A stretch of 64,000 nucleotides of DNA from Bacteroidota bacterium (GCA_041170435.1 JBEAYU010000072.1:6509-70508); one strand, 5' to 3'. Shown: positions 21,422 to 30,192, numbered from the stretch's first letter. Notes: generated from the letters alone by a model not told the origin. Translations and numbers: made by a program.

Positions 21422-23602
21422 ATGGGCGTGATCACGTCCATCCGCCGTAATGTGAAGAACGCCGGACGCTGTTCGGTCTATGTCGACGATGTGTTCTTTG
21501 CCGCTTGCCCGATCGACGTCGCTCTGTCGTTAGGCTTGCGCAAGGGACTGGCGATGTCCGAAGACCTGGAACGCCGTCTTCGGAGTGAGGATCGACGCAT
21601 GGTACTTCGGCAAAAAGCCTATCGTTTTGCGACCTACAAGCCGCGAAGCGAACGGGACATCGCGCGGTTTCTATCCAAGCACGAGGCCACTGACGAAGAA
21701 TCGGTGGACGTGATGCTGTGGCTCAAGGATTTTCGTTTGATCGATGATGCGGATTACGCCCGACGCTTCATTGATGCATCGAAGCAGCGCAAGCCCCTTT
21801 CCCCATCGATGTTGCGAAGAGCACTTCTGGGCAAGGGGCTGAGTGAAGCCATTGTCGACTCAGCAATGGCAGCCGAAACCTTGCCGGATGATGCATTGCA
21901 TGCAGCACGACATGTGGCTCGCAAGAAACTGCGCATGCTTGCGTCCGATGATGCCCGAACGACCGAGGACAAGCTTGTGCGATTCTTACAGTACCGTGGC
22001 TACAGCTGGGAGGTCATCAAGTCCGTCATCGCCGAATGGAAAGGCGGAGCTCTCGGCATTGCCGCTTCGTTTCTCTTGATGCTCTCGGTGATGTCCGCGC
22101 AGGTCGATACTTCATGCAGTAAGTCACGCATGGGAGACGCCATCAATCAGTTTCAGCCTACGACGTTGCCGGTGAAAGGTGCGGAGGGCGAACTGTATCT
22201 CGACAGGAAGAACCATCCAGAGAACGCCGGTGGAACACAGGACCCTGATGACGTCTGGGTCTCCCGCCGGCAGGGCGCCGGCTGGTCAACGGCTCGTCCG
22301 GCTGGGCTTGTGGCATACGACTCACTACAGCGACGATTGCTACGAGCGAAGGTGATGTTCGGCATGAGTTACGACGGTCTCACCGCACTCGTTGCCGGCC
22401 CCTTCGGATCGCATGCTGACGTGATGTCGTTGGGGATCTTCATGCGGGTTCGACGCGACGGTCCTTTTACCAGGGCCGCAGTGGTGATACCCGACCTTGG
22501 CAAGAACTTCTTTGCCTCGATGTCGGAGGACAGGCAGGCCATCATCGTGGCCCTTGAGCGTCCCGAGGGCATGGGTGACTTAGACTTGTACGTCATTTCA
22601 GCGAACCTCTGCACGATGGAATTCGGTCAACCGGTTCCACTGGGACCCGTCATCAATACACCTGGTTTTGAAGGTTCGCCATGGATTGCGTGTGATAACA
22701 CGACGCTCTATTTCGCTTCATCCGGACGTGAAGATCGTCGGGGTAAGGCCGACCTCTACATGACACGCCGGCTTGATGCCACGTGGACGTCGTGGAGTGC
22801 ACCCATCAATCTTGGTTCATGCATCAACTCGTCCGGCGATGAGACGACCTTCTCTCTTCCGTGCGGTGAGTCCCGTGCCTTCATCACGTCTTGGGATCCC
22901 GACTCAGACCGATCGGGCATCTACACGACTGACCTGCCGATGCATCTCCGTCCTCAGCCGACGAACGAGCTCACGGTACGTTTCCACGATCTCGACGGCA
23001 ACCCTGTTAATGTCCCGAATGTCATGCTGGGCATAGGCCCGGCCAATGCTTTGCCACGTGCAACGGAGTGTCCCGAACGGACTCAGTTCATCTCCACCGA
23101 CGCCGTCAGCGGAACCGCACGGACGGTCGTGGCCCGAGATTCGGCGTACTGGATTTTCCCGGCCCGATCGAGCGTGGAGTCATGGTTCATCGCGCCTTCA
23201 GGCTGCTCAAGCACAGCGGCGCCGCTCAGTGTTGATCTGCTGGCTGTTCCGACGAAGAAGCCGGTACTGAGCGTGTTCTTTGAAAAGGGGCGGTCGGATC
23301 TTTCGGAAACAGCACTGGCGTTGATCGCAGAACTTTCTGTCAAGATCACCAAGGGTTCGGTGCCAGTGATTCGCGTGGTGGGCTTCGCCGATGCCTCGGG
23401 CTCGGCATCACTAAATGAGGAGCTCTCGCAGGCGCGGGCTGAGGCCGTTGCTCGAAGGTGCCTCGACCTCGTCGCAGCCGCGGACGGTCGGCGCATCGAC
23501 GTCACCACGACCGGTATGGGTGTCGAGCGGACCTCCAATGCATCGGTGCCATCGGACTCCCCCACCAGCCGACGGGTGGACATTTACATCGGACCGAGGT
23601 AA
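21422..23602 (+). CDS. recX: RecX regulatory domain fused in frame to a TM/signal-anchor segment, PD40-type repeats and an OmpA-like peptidoglycan-binding domain
   Basis: Residues 1 to about 205 are RecX-like (three helical repeats: YRFATYKPRSERDIARFL..., RRFIDASKQRKPLSPSMLRRALLGKGL, LVRFLQYRGYSWEVI). Next comes GALGIAASFLLMLSVMSAQ. Then PD40-like INTPGFEGSPW...LYFASSGR...ADLYMT...W..APINLGSCINSSGDE. The C-terminus is OmpA-like: VVGFADASGSASLNEELSQARAEAV...SRRVDIYI. Confidence 0.8.
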   Translation: MGVITSIRRNVKNAGRCSVYVDDVFFAACPIDVALSLGLRKGLAMSEDLERRLRSEDRRMVLRQKAYRFATYKPRSERDIARFLSKHEATDEESVDVMLWLKDFRLIDDADYARRFIDASKQRKPLSPSMLRRALLGKGLSEAIVDSAMAAETLPDDALHAARHVARKKLRMLASDDARTTEDKLVRFLQYRGYSWEVIKSVIAEWKGGALGIAASFLLMLSVMSAQVDTSCSKSRMGDAINQFQPTTLPVKGAEGELYLDRKNHPENAGGTQDPDDVWVSRRQGAGWSTARPAGLVAYDSLQRRLLRAKVMFGMSYDGLTALVAGPFGSHADVMSLGIFMRVRRDGPFTRAAVVIPDLGKNFFASMSEDRQAIIVALERPEGMGDLDLYVISANLCTMEFGQPVPLGPVINTPGFEGSPWIACDNTTLYFASSGREDRRGKADLYMTRRLDATWTSWSAPINLGSCINSSGDETTFSLPCGESRAFITSWDPDSDRSGIYTTDLPMHLRPQPTNELTVRFHDLDGNPVNVPNVMLGIGPANALPRATECPERTQFISTDAVSGTARTVVARDSAYWIFPARSSVESWFIAPSGCSSTAAPLSVDLLAVPTKKPVLSVFFEKGRSDLSETALALIAELSVKITKGSVPVIRVVGFADASGSASLNEELSQARAEAVARRCLDLVAAADGRRIDVTTTGMGVERTSNASVPSDSPTSRRVDIYIGPR

Positions 23603-25548
23603 TGTGAGCGCCCGTCACCGCGGAGTTCGATGCTCGTGGTACGACGTTTACTCCCATCGACATCCTCCGTGAACTGCATCACCCACCGAGCGCCCGCGTG
23701 CACGTACAGGGCCAGCTCGTTCTCAGCGATCCATTCGGTGTTCTCATCGTGCAGAGGCGACCTCCACAGGACTTCACCTTCGGCAACCAGGCATGCGCGT
23801 TCGATTCCGTCATCCCCCACGGCTTGGATCACAAGCTCCTCCGGACCCAACGGACGTCGCTCAAGCCGAACTCTGAGCCGTTGCCACGAGTTCGAGGTTT
23901 CCATGGCCACATCGCGCACGAGTGCATCGCTTCTGTGCATTGACGTTGTGCCAAAGGTGATCGGCTGACGCAACATCGAGCCCCCTTCTTGCTCAGTCAG
24001 GGGGCGATCCAACTCAGCCGGGACGTCACATTGACATCGTTCGAACACTGCTCTCAAGCGAGCTCGAAATGTCGCATCAAACTCCTCGCGGTGCGGTGCC
24101 TGATGTCGTTCGTCATACCACCAGAACCAGTCAGATGCCTCGAGTACCTCGAGTTGCTCGGCTACTGATTCTTCGTCAAGACCGCTCTCGAGCAGGGCCT
24201 GCCGTGCTCGACGCAGCAGACTCCAGGCAAGGTTCTTGGTCGGTGTTCCGATCCACACACCAAAGTCGGCATTGATCCATGAACCGGCGCGCAGGCGTGC
24301 CAAACGTCGGGCGTGCCCTGAGGCAACGACCTCGGAACAGGTCACGCATGTGAAGCGATCATCATCTACCAGGTGCTGCATCAATGCGCGAAGGAACGGT
24401 TCGCCATTTTGGTGATAGAACTCCCAGCAATTTTCACCGTCGAGCATGATCGGGATCACGGCACTGTCGAGAGCTGCAGCACCTTGTTCGTGAATGATGA
24501 GCTGACGTCGCTCTTCGAGGCGGCGTATGAAGTCAGCAGCTGCACGTGCCGCATCCCACGATGCATATTCAAAACCGATGGCATCACTCAGACCATGGTC
24601 GCGAAACAAGATCGTGATCGGACCCGAGCTGGTCTCGACCTCGTATGGAAAATACACGTCACTTCGAACGAACAATCCGTCCGCCGACGCGTGCAGGACC
24701 CCTTCATCTGTGGCCGTCCAGCAAATTCCGTTCCGAGCGAAGATCTCCAGGGCGTCCAGCGAGAGCGACCCCTCGGCAGGCCACATGCCCAGCGGCTTTG
24801 ATCCGCTGCGTTTCTTCCAATCGTTGAGTGACCGCCGAACGTGACGGTCAGCATCATAGGGGGCTCGATAGGGCGGGTCGGGCAAGACCGATGCAGGCAT
24901 GCATTCACGAGCAACATCCGTATCGATGATCAACGGAAGGATCGGGTGATGGTATGGAGTGACACTGATCTCAAAGTGACCTGTCGTATGAAGCTCAACC
25001 ATCCGGCGTGCCGCTTGGGCCACGATGCGGCGGATCTCATTCATGAGCTCGTACTTCTGCGCCTCCGCATACTGCTCGCCTTGGTCCACAAAACGCGCGA
25101 TCAAGGGATTTGTCCTGCGCTGCAAGGGCCCACACCAGGCCAAGTGAAACAGAACGATCGCGTCCCGCCAGTCCTGTTCCGAAAGCACCGGTCGATCATG
25201 GGTACGCAGCTGCGCCATGATGGCCTGCAATCGCGGCAACTGCTCAATCATCGGGTCGCGCAACGTCAGCATCCAGCGCGTCAGCTCACCATGCTGATGC
25301 TCTGTCAGCGACGCAGTATTGAATTCGGCCAGTTCCTCAAGCGGATCACGCACGCCCCCTGCATAGGCGTCGAGCTGCTCCAGCATCGACGGCACGAGGT
25401 TGATGGTATGACGCACCGGATACTCGGCCAAAATGCCGGGAAGATCGAGATAGTCTTTGATGGCATGCAGCCGCACCCACGGAAGAACAAAACGACCATC
25501 AAGCCGATACTCGGGCTGATGCTGATGCCAAAGGAAGCAGATTCTCAT
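23584..25548 (-). CDS. Glycoside hydrolase family 57 protein (alpha-glucan-active)
   Basis: MRICFLWHQHQPEYR...LPWVRLHAIKDYLD is the GH57 N-terminal signature. Start set at ATG 25548. The 3' end overlaps the recX-fusion 3' end by 19 nt (convergent). Confidence 0.8.
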   Translation of the reverse strand: MRICFLWHQHQPEYRLDGRFVLPWVRLHAIKDYLDLPGILAEYPVRHTINLVPSMLEQLDAYAGGVRDPLEELAEFNTASLTEHQHGELTRWMLTLRDPMIEQLPRLQAIMAQLRTHDRPVLSEQDWRDAIVLFHLAWCGPLQRRTNPLIARFVDQGEQYAEAQKYELMNEIRRIVAQAARRMVELHTTGHFEISVTPYHHPILPLIIDTDVARECMPASVLPDPPYRAPYDADRHVRRSLNDWKKRSGSKPLGMWPAEGSLSLDALEIFARNGICWTATDEGVLHASADGLFVRSDVYFPYEVETSSGPITILFRDHGLSDAIGFEYASWDAARAAADFIRRLEERRQLIIHEQGAAALDSAVIPIMLDGENCWEFYHQNGEPFLRALMQHLVDDDRFTCVTCSEVVASGHARRLARLRAGSWINADFGVWIGTPTKNLAWSLLRRARQALLESGLDEESVAEQLEVLEASDWFWWYDERHQAPHREEFDATFRARLRAVFERCQCDVPAELDRPLTEQEGGSMLRQPITFGTTSMHRSDALVRDVAMETSNSWQRLRVRLERRPLGPEELVIQAVGDDGIERACLVAEGEVLWRSPLHDENTEWIAENELALYVHAGARWVMQFTEDVDGSKRRTTSIELRGDGRSHYLGPM

Positions 25549-25639
25549 GTGGGAATCTACATCCCAGCCGCCCACGAAACACTACGTGTTTCCTCCGCCG
25601 TGGCGCACAACAACGGGCGCAAAACAATTGGCAAGATGA

Positions 25640-25667
25640 AACCTGTAACCTGCAACCTGTAACCTGA
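25640..25667. repeat. Tandem heptanucleotide repeat (AACCTGN)x4, immediately 3' of the tmRNA gene
   Basis: aacctgt aacctgc aacctgt aacctga, read directly. In the other phase this is TGTAACC/TGCAACC, one base away from the dnaE-leader unit TGTCACC. Confidence 0.85.
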
Positions 25668-25670
25668 TTG

Positions 25671-26034
25671 TGGAGATGCCGGGAGTCGAACCCGGGTCCG
25701 AAGTGAACGAATCGAAGCCTACCACGTGCGTCTTCGATCTACGGTGTCTCGCTGTTCCGGTAACCGATCGACAGGTCCGAAGCAGCCAGCATCAGTGTTG
25801 TCTCACGTTAGGTCCTGGTGCACGACTTCACGCCAGTCTGTTTAAGGGCAACACCGAGTTAGAGGGGAACAGACACCCGTCTAGTCGATGGCATAGCGGC
25901 CTAAGCTTAGGCGGCCATGCGATAACCGAAGTTATCGCCAGTTGTTATTCGCCGGTTGTATTAACGAGCTCCACCAGCGTAGCTCGGCACGCATCTTCGT
26001 AAACGCTTCACCCCGTCGAGACCGTTACATCCCC
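25671..26034 (-). ncRNA. ssrA: tmRNA (SsrA)
   Basis: The minus-strand 5' end is GGGGATGTAACGGTCTCGACGGGG and the 3' end is GGACCCGGGTTCGACTCCCGGCATCTCCA. The acceptor stem GGGGATG/CATCTCC has the G3-U pair, and a T-arm-like GGTTCGACTCC is present. An internal candidate tag ORF ends GCC GCC TAA. The + strand ORF 25670-26002 is therefore spurious. Confidence 0.93.
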
Positions 26035-26055
26035 AGTGACTAGTGGCTAGTGAGC
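26035..26055. repeat. Tandem heptanucleotide repeat (AGTGNNY)x3 abutting the mature tmRNA 5' end
   Basis: agtgact agtggct agtgagc. In tmRNA sense this reads GCTCACT AGCCACT AGTCACT, followed directly by GGGG of the tmRNA. Confidence 0.8.
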
Positions 26056-26068
26056 TTTTCAGAAGGCA

Positions 26069-26076
26069 CAAATCTA
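26069..26076 (-). promoter_or_regulatory. Candidate -7 box (TAGATTTG) for ssrA
   Basis: The reverse complement of caaatcta is TAGATTTG, which matches TAnnTTTG, 34 nt upstream of the mature tmRNA 5' end. No clear -33 TTG at canonical spacing. Confidence 0.3.
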
Positions 26077-26126
26077 GCGCTTTGACGAAGAAGTACAGGA
26101 AACCGTGTATTCACGCCCCTACTAGG

Positions 26127-26154
26127 GCGTCACTCGTCACTTGTCACTCGTCAC
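26127..26154. repeat. Tandem heptanucleotide repeat (NYGTCAC)x4 spanning the ispH stop codon
   Basis: gcgtcac tcgtcac ttgtcac tcgtcac. The last codons of ispH (..LVTSDK*) are encoded by the repeat. It lies in inverted orientation relative to the 26035-26055 array. Confidence 0.8.
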
Positions 26155-27054
26155 TAGACTCTGTCTTTCCAGCCACGACTTCACCTCTTCCATATACCAC
26201 TGTGGTGTACTGGTAGCTCCCGAGATTCCCACGTTTTCGGCACCCTGGAGCCACGAGGGGTCTATCTCTTCGGTGGTTTCCACGAAGTAGGTGCGGGGGT
26301 TGGCTGTGCGAGCCACGTCGTAGAGGACTTTGCCGTTGGAGGAGGCGCGGCCGGCAACGAAGATGATCACGTCGTTTGCGCGGGCAAAGTTGGCCAGTTG
26401 TGCTTCCCGGCCGCTGACCTGACCGCAGATCGTGTCTTTGACATGGAACTCGGTGGCGATCTCCTCCATGGTATCGACGATGAGTTCACTGATGCGCCCC
26501 TTGAGTGCATCGCGGATCTCCAAGAAGGTTGGCCTGTCCATGGTGGTCTGTGAAAACAGCACCGTTTTCTTATCGAGGTGCACATGATCAAGTGCATCCT
26601 GTACGGACTTGACCACTATGCACTCATCGCGCACAACGCCGCGCACGCCAAGGACTTCGGCATGGTCTTTCTTGCCGAAGATCACGATCTGGTATCCCTG
26701 ATCCCAGAACTTCCGCACGCGCTCCTGGAGCTTGGTCACCACCGGACACGTGGCATCGACGATCTCAATGCCGTTGTCCCATGCTTTGCGATAGGTTTCA
26801 GGGGGCTCACCATGCGCACGAATGATCACCTTTGCTCCGCTGTGGGCAAGCCGAGGAAAGTCATCCACAGAGATCGTTTCCAGCCCCTTATCGGCCAGCC
26901 GCTGGATCTCCTTCGGGTTGTGGATGATATGTCCGAGAACATACACGTTGCGCTTGTTGGTCGGTTCCTTTTGGGCCAACTGATCTTCGGCGATCTGCAC
27001 AGTGCGCACCACGCCCCAGCAGAACCCGCTGAACTTGTCGATGGAAACGTTCAT
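26137..27054 (-). CDS. ispH: 4-hydroxy-3-methylbut-2-enyl diphosphate reductase
   Basis: FCWGVVRTVQIAE, VLGHIIHNPKE, ATCPVVTKLQ and SQTTM motifs carry the conserved Cys ligands of IspH/LytB. Confidence 0.92.
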   Translation of the reverse strand: MNVSIDKFSGFCWGVVRTVQIAEDQLAQKEPTNKRNVYVLGHIIHNPKEIQRLADKGLETISVDDFPRLAHSGAKVIIRAHGEPPETYRKAWDNGIEIVDATCPVVTKLQERVRKFWDQGYQIVIFGKKDHAEVLGVRGVVRDECIVVKSVQDALDHVHLDKKTVLFSQTTMDRPTFLEIRDALKGRISELIVDTMEEIATEFHVKDTICGQVSGREAQLANFARANDVIIFVAGRASSNGKVLYDVARTANPRTYFVETTEEIDPSWLQGAENVGISGATSTPQWYMEEVKSWLERQSLVTSDK

Positions 27055-27078
27055 GAACTCAGTCCTTAAAAGAACACA

Positions 27079-27786
27079 TCAAAAACCAAGGTGCGCCGAG
27101 ACGATCGAATGCGTGGTTTGGTATGCCTTCACCAATTCCAGGATCCTCTGCACCTGCTCGTCGATCGTGCAGGATGTGGTGTCGACCTCCACGGCACCGG
27201 TTGCCTTTACAAGGGGGCTTTCGGCGCGGGTGCTGTCGTACTCATCGCGACTCATGATCTGCATTCGCACATCTTCTTCAGTGATGTTCTCGCCCCGTGC
27301 CTGCGCCTCCAAGAGTCGACGTCGAACCCGCTCATCGGTGCCGGCCACGAGAAAGACCTTCACCTCGGCATGGGGGAACACCACCGAACCGATGTCGCGT
27401 CCATCCATGACCACCCCACCAGCACTGCCGATGTCGCGCTGGCGTTGCACCAGAGCGCGGCGTACAGCCGGAAATGCGCTCACCTGGCTGACGATGGCCG
27501 TGACGTCTGCCTGCCGGACTGCCAGAGACACGTCTTCTCCATTGAGCAGAACCTTCTGGGCTCCTTCGGTGGGTTCTAGTCGAATGTCGGATGCCTGGGC
27601 CAGAGCCCCGAGAGCATCATCGGTCATGGCGCACCCCGAGCGGAGAGCGGCAAGCGAGACCGCCCGATACATGGCACCAGTATCGATGTAAATGTATCCG
27701 AGACGTTCGGCAACACGACGTGCGGTCGTGCTCTTTCCGGCACCGGCCGGACCATCGATGGCGATGATGATCGGTTTTGCAGACAT
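27079..27786 (-). CDS. cmk: Cytidylate kinase
   Basis: IIAIDGPAGAGKSTTARRVAERLGYIYIDTGAMYRAV. Confidence 0.93.
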   Translation of the reverse strand: MSAKPIIIAIDGPAGAGKSTTARRVAERLGYIYIDTGAMYRAVSLAALRSGCAMTDDALGALAQASDIRLEPTEGAQKVLLNGEDVSLAVRQADVTAIVSQVSAFPAVRRALVQRQRDIGSAGGVVMDGRDIGSVVFPHAEVKVFLVAGTDERVRRRLLEAQARGENITEEDVRMQIMSRDEYDSTRAESPLVKATGAVEVDTTSCTIDEQVQRILELVKAYQTTHSIVSAHLGF

Positions 27787-27863
27787 TCGTGCGAATTTAC
27801 TGAAACCCTCGGGCCGTTGGCTCGGTCAAAGCTCGGTACGAAAAAGTATTCCCTGGACACCAC

Positions 27864-28433
27864 ATGAACATCATCCTCACCTCGGCGAGCGAGATCCAAC
27901 AGCAGATTGTTGGAATCGTGCGCCTCATGATCCCAAAGGTCGTCTCGGCCACGCCAAGTGTCGACACGGTGCGGAAGGGAGCATCAGCCGGCAGTGATTC
28001 GCTAAAGGATCTACCCCAACTTGGCCCTACCACTGCACAGGCCGCATCGAATGTTCACGTCCCCGATGCCTTGCAGGTCATTACGACGATGATCGAAATG
28101 CTCCTTCCAGTGGCCTTCATCCTCGCCGCTAGCATACTGCTCTGGAAACGCATGGAAACGCGCAAATCCGTCGAGCTGGCCATGATCGAGAAGGGGCTCG
28201 ACCCACGCTCGAATCTTGAACGGAATGATTCAACGCGGAAGTTTCGAGCACTGCGCTTCGGGACACTTCTTCTTGGCATTGGACTTGGCCTTGCCGCATC
28301 GTTGATCGTGCTCTCGTTCTGGAACGTTCCCGACGACTATCGTCCACTGGTGATCTGGTCGTCGATGGCATTTTCAGCTGGTCTTGCCCTGACGATCTAT
28401 CATATCATCGCAACAAGTCTCGAGAAGCTTTGA
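27864..28433 (+). CDS. Small membrane protein upstream of an ECF sigma factor (DUF6249-like C-terminal half); start uncertain
   Basis: The C-terminal part MIEMLLPVAFILAASILLWKRMETRKSVELAMIEKGLDP...FGTLLLGIGLGLAASLIV has the two-helix layout I associate with DUF6249. An alternative start is ATG 28089. The stop overlaps the sigma-factor TTG start. Confidence 0.5.
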   Translation: MNIILTSASEIQQQIVGIVRLMIPKVVSATPSVDTVRKGASAGSDSLKDLPQLGPTTAQAASNVHVPDALQVITTMIEMLLPVAFILAASILLWKRMETRKSVELAMIEKGLDPRSNLERNDSTRKFRALRFGTLLLGIGLGLAASLIVLSFWNVPDDYRPLVIWSSMAFSAGLALTIYHIIATSLEKL

Positions 28434-28990
28434 CCGAGTCGGAGATCATTGATCGCATCATTGCCGGCGAGACTGAGGCGTTTGCCATCCTTGTCGGACA
28501 GCATCAGCGGCGAGCCCTGTCTCTTGCCGAGCGCATGTTGCAGGACGTCGAGGAGGCGCGCGACGCTGTGCAGGATGCTTTCGTAAAGGCGTATCGTTCG
28601 CTGGCGAAGTTCAACCGCGACGCGAGCTTCTCGACGTGGTTCTATCGCATCGTGTATACGACCTGCCTGAACGTGCTCGAGCGACGCAAGCGCTTGCCCA
28701 AGCACGATGAATTGGACGAGGAGAGCTCGCAAGCGTGGATCGAGCCATCTGTTTTTAAGTCGATGGAAGCATCCATGGTTGACGAAGTCATTGCCGATGA
28801 AATGAAGACCATGAATCCTATGTACTCCACCGTGCTGGAGTTGTTCTATGTTGACGATCGATCGTACGAGGAGATCGTCACGATCACCGGTATGCCCCTT
28901 GGCACAGTAAAGACCCGCTTGAACCGGGGACGCAATCTGCTGCGCAAGGCCCTTTTGAAACGTTGCCCTGACCTCGAGGTTCCATCATGA
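28430..28990 (+). CDS. RNA polymerase ECF-type sigma-70 factor
   Basis: Region 2 is DAVQDAFVKAYRSLAKFNRDASFSTWFYRIVYTTCLN. Region 4 is ELFYVDDRSYEEIVTITGMPLGTVKTRLNRGR. Confidence 0.9.
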   Translation: MTESEIIDRIIAGETEAFAILVGQHQRRALSLAERMLQDVEEARDAVQDAFVKAYRSLAKFNRDASFSTWFYRIVYTTCLNVLERRKRLPKHDELDEESSQAWIEPSVFKSMEASMVDEVIADEMKTMNPMYSTVLELFYVDDRSYEEIVTITGMPLGTVKTRLNRGRNLLRKALLKRCPDLEVPS

Positions 28991-29370
28991 GTACACACCC
29001 CAACACCCCGCTCAATTCGGATCGACAGGACGAGTTTGTTGAGTCCGAGATCCTGCTGCGCTCGCACATTCGGCGCAGTGTGGAATCCCATGACGATCCG
29101 ATCTTCACCATTGACGTCATGCGCGCCGTGATGCAGGAGAACCGCAAGCCGTCATTCCTTCGACGACTCTGGAAGCGCACCCCGATGATCGGCCTTGTGA
29201 TTGGACTGTTTTCCATCGGATTCATCTCCGGGCACGTTGCCGCTACCGACACCAACTACATCGAGATACTCCAGTCGATCCCGTGGTCCTCGCTTGCCAA
29301 CAGCTCCCTTGCTTGGGTAGCCGCTGGAGCGGCAATCTTCGGTGTCGGAGTATGGCAAATGGAGCGGTAA
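28987..29370 (+). CDS. Putative anti-sigma factor / membrane protein
   Basis: Its start overlaps the sigma stop (ATGA). It has a cytoplasmic N-terminus followed by two TM helices. No zf-HC2 motif was recognised, so the call rests on position only. Confidence 0.45.
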   Translation: MSTHPNTPLNSDRQDEFVESEILLRSHIRRSVESHDDPIFTIDVMRAVMQENRKPSFLRRLWKRTPMIGLVIGLFSIGFISGHVAATDTNYIEILQSIPWSSLANSSLAWVAAGAAIFGVGVWQMER

Positions 29371-29427
29371 GGGTCGCAGTGAGAGCCACCCGGCACGGCT
29401 AGCCGCTTGCCTCTCCTATCTTTGTAG

Positions 29428-30192
29428 ATGCCTTTACTCTCGGTCCGAAACCTCTCGCATACGTATCCCAACGGATACAAGGCATTGCATGACATCTCGT
29501 TCGAGGTTCATGCCGGGGAATTCCTCGTCATCATCGGCCTTTCCGGGTCGGGCAAGAGCACGCTCCTACGGTGCCTGAACCGTCTGATCGAGCCCACGCA
29601 AGGGACGATACTGATGAATGGGCAGGACGTGACCCATGTGACCGATACCGCCCTCCGGTCACATCGGGCCGGTATCGGGATGATCTTTCAGCACTTCAAC
29701 CTCATTCCCCGGCACAGCGTCGTCAAGAATGTGCTTTACGGCACTCTCGGATCGACCCCCACGGTGGGATCGATCCTCGGCCGATTCTCCCCCGATCAGC
29801 AACGGCGCGCGCTGGAAGCACTCGAGGTTGTCGGGATCGCAGACAAGGCACAGGTGCGCGCCGATGCGCTCTCCGGTGGCCAGCAGCAGCGGGTGGCCAT
29901 TGCCCGAGCGCTTATGCAGAACCCGGCCTTGCTGCTTGCCGATGAACCGGTCGCGTCGCTGGATCCAGCTACCTCACACTCGGTGATGGATTACCTCGAG
30001 CGCATCAACAAAGACCTCGGGACAACCGTGATCTGCAACCTGCACTTTCTTTCCTTGGTGCGCCGCTACGCCACGCGCGTGATCGCCCTCAAAGGCGGTC
30101 GGATGGTCTTTGACGGGCAACCTCATGAGATCACCGATGCGTGGTTCCGGACCATCTACGGCGAAGAAGCCATGGAAGTGGAGATCCGATGA
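29428..30192 (+). CDS. phnC: Phosphonate ABC transporter ATP-binding protein
   Basis: LSVRNLSHTYPNGYKALHDISFEVHAGEFLVIIGLSGSGKSTLLRCLNRL, LSGGQQQRVAIARAL and LLLADEPVASLDP. Confidence 0.85.
   Translation: MPLLSVRNLSHTYPNGYKALHDISFEVHAGEFLVIIGLSGSGKSTLLRCLNRLIEPTQGTILMNGQDVTHVTDTALRSHRAGIGMIFQHFNLIPRHSVVKNVLYGTLGSTPTVGSILGRFSPDQQRRALEALEVVGIADKAQVRADALSGGQQQRVAIARALMQNPALLLADEPVASLDPATSHSVMDYLERINKDLGTTVICNLHFLSLVRRYATRVIALKGGRMVFDGQPHEITDAWFRTIYGEEAMEVEIR

Noticed and set aside
25670-26002. 110-aa + strand ORF between GH57 and ispH
   Set aside because: The region is the reverse complement of a complete tmRNA, with its acceptor stem with G-U pair, T-arm and tag ORF. It is not protein coding.
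25576-26136. Genomic island or integrase at the tmRNA locus
   Set aside because: tmRNA genes are common integration sites. Here the flanks are GH57 and ispH, with no integrase, no duplicated tmRNA 3' end and no compositional break that I could see.
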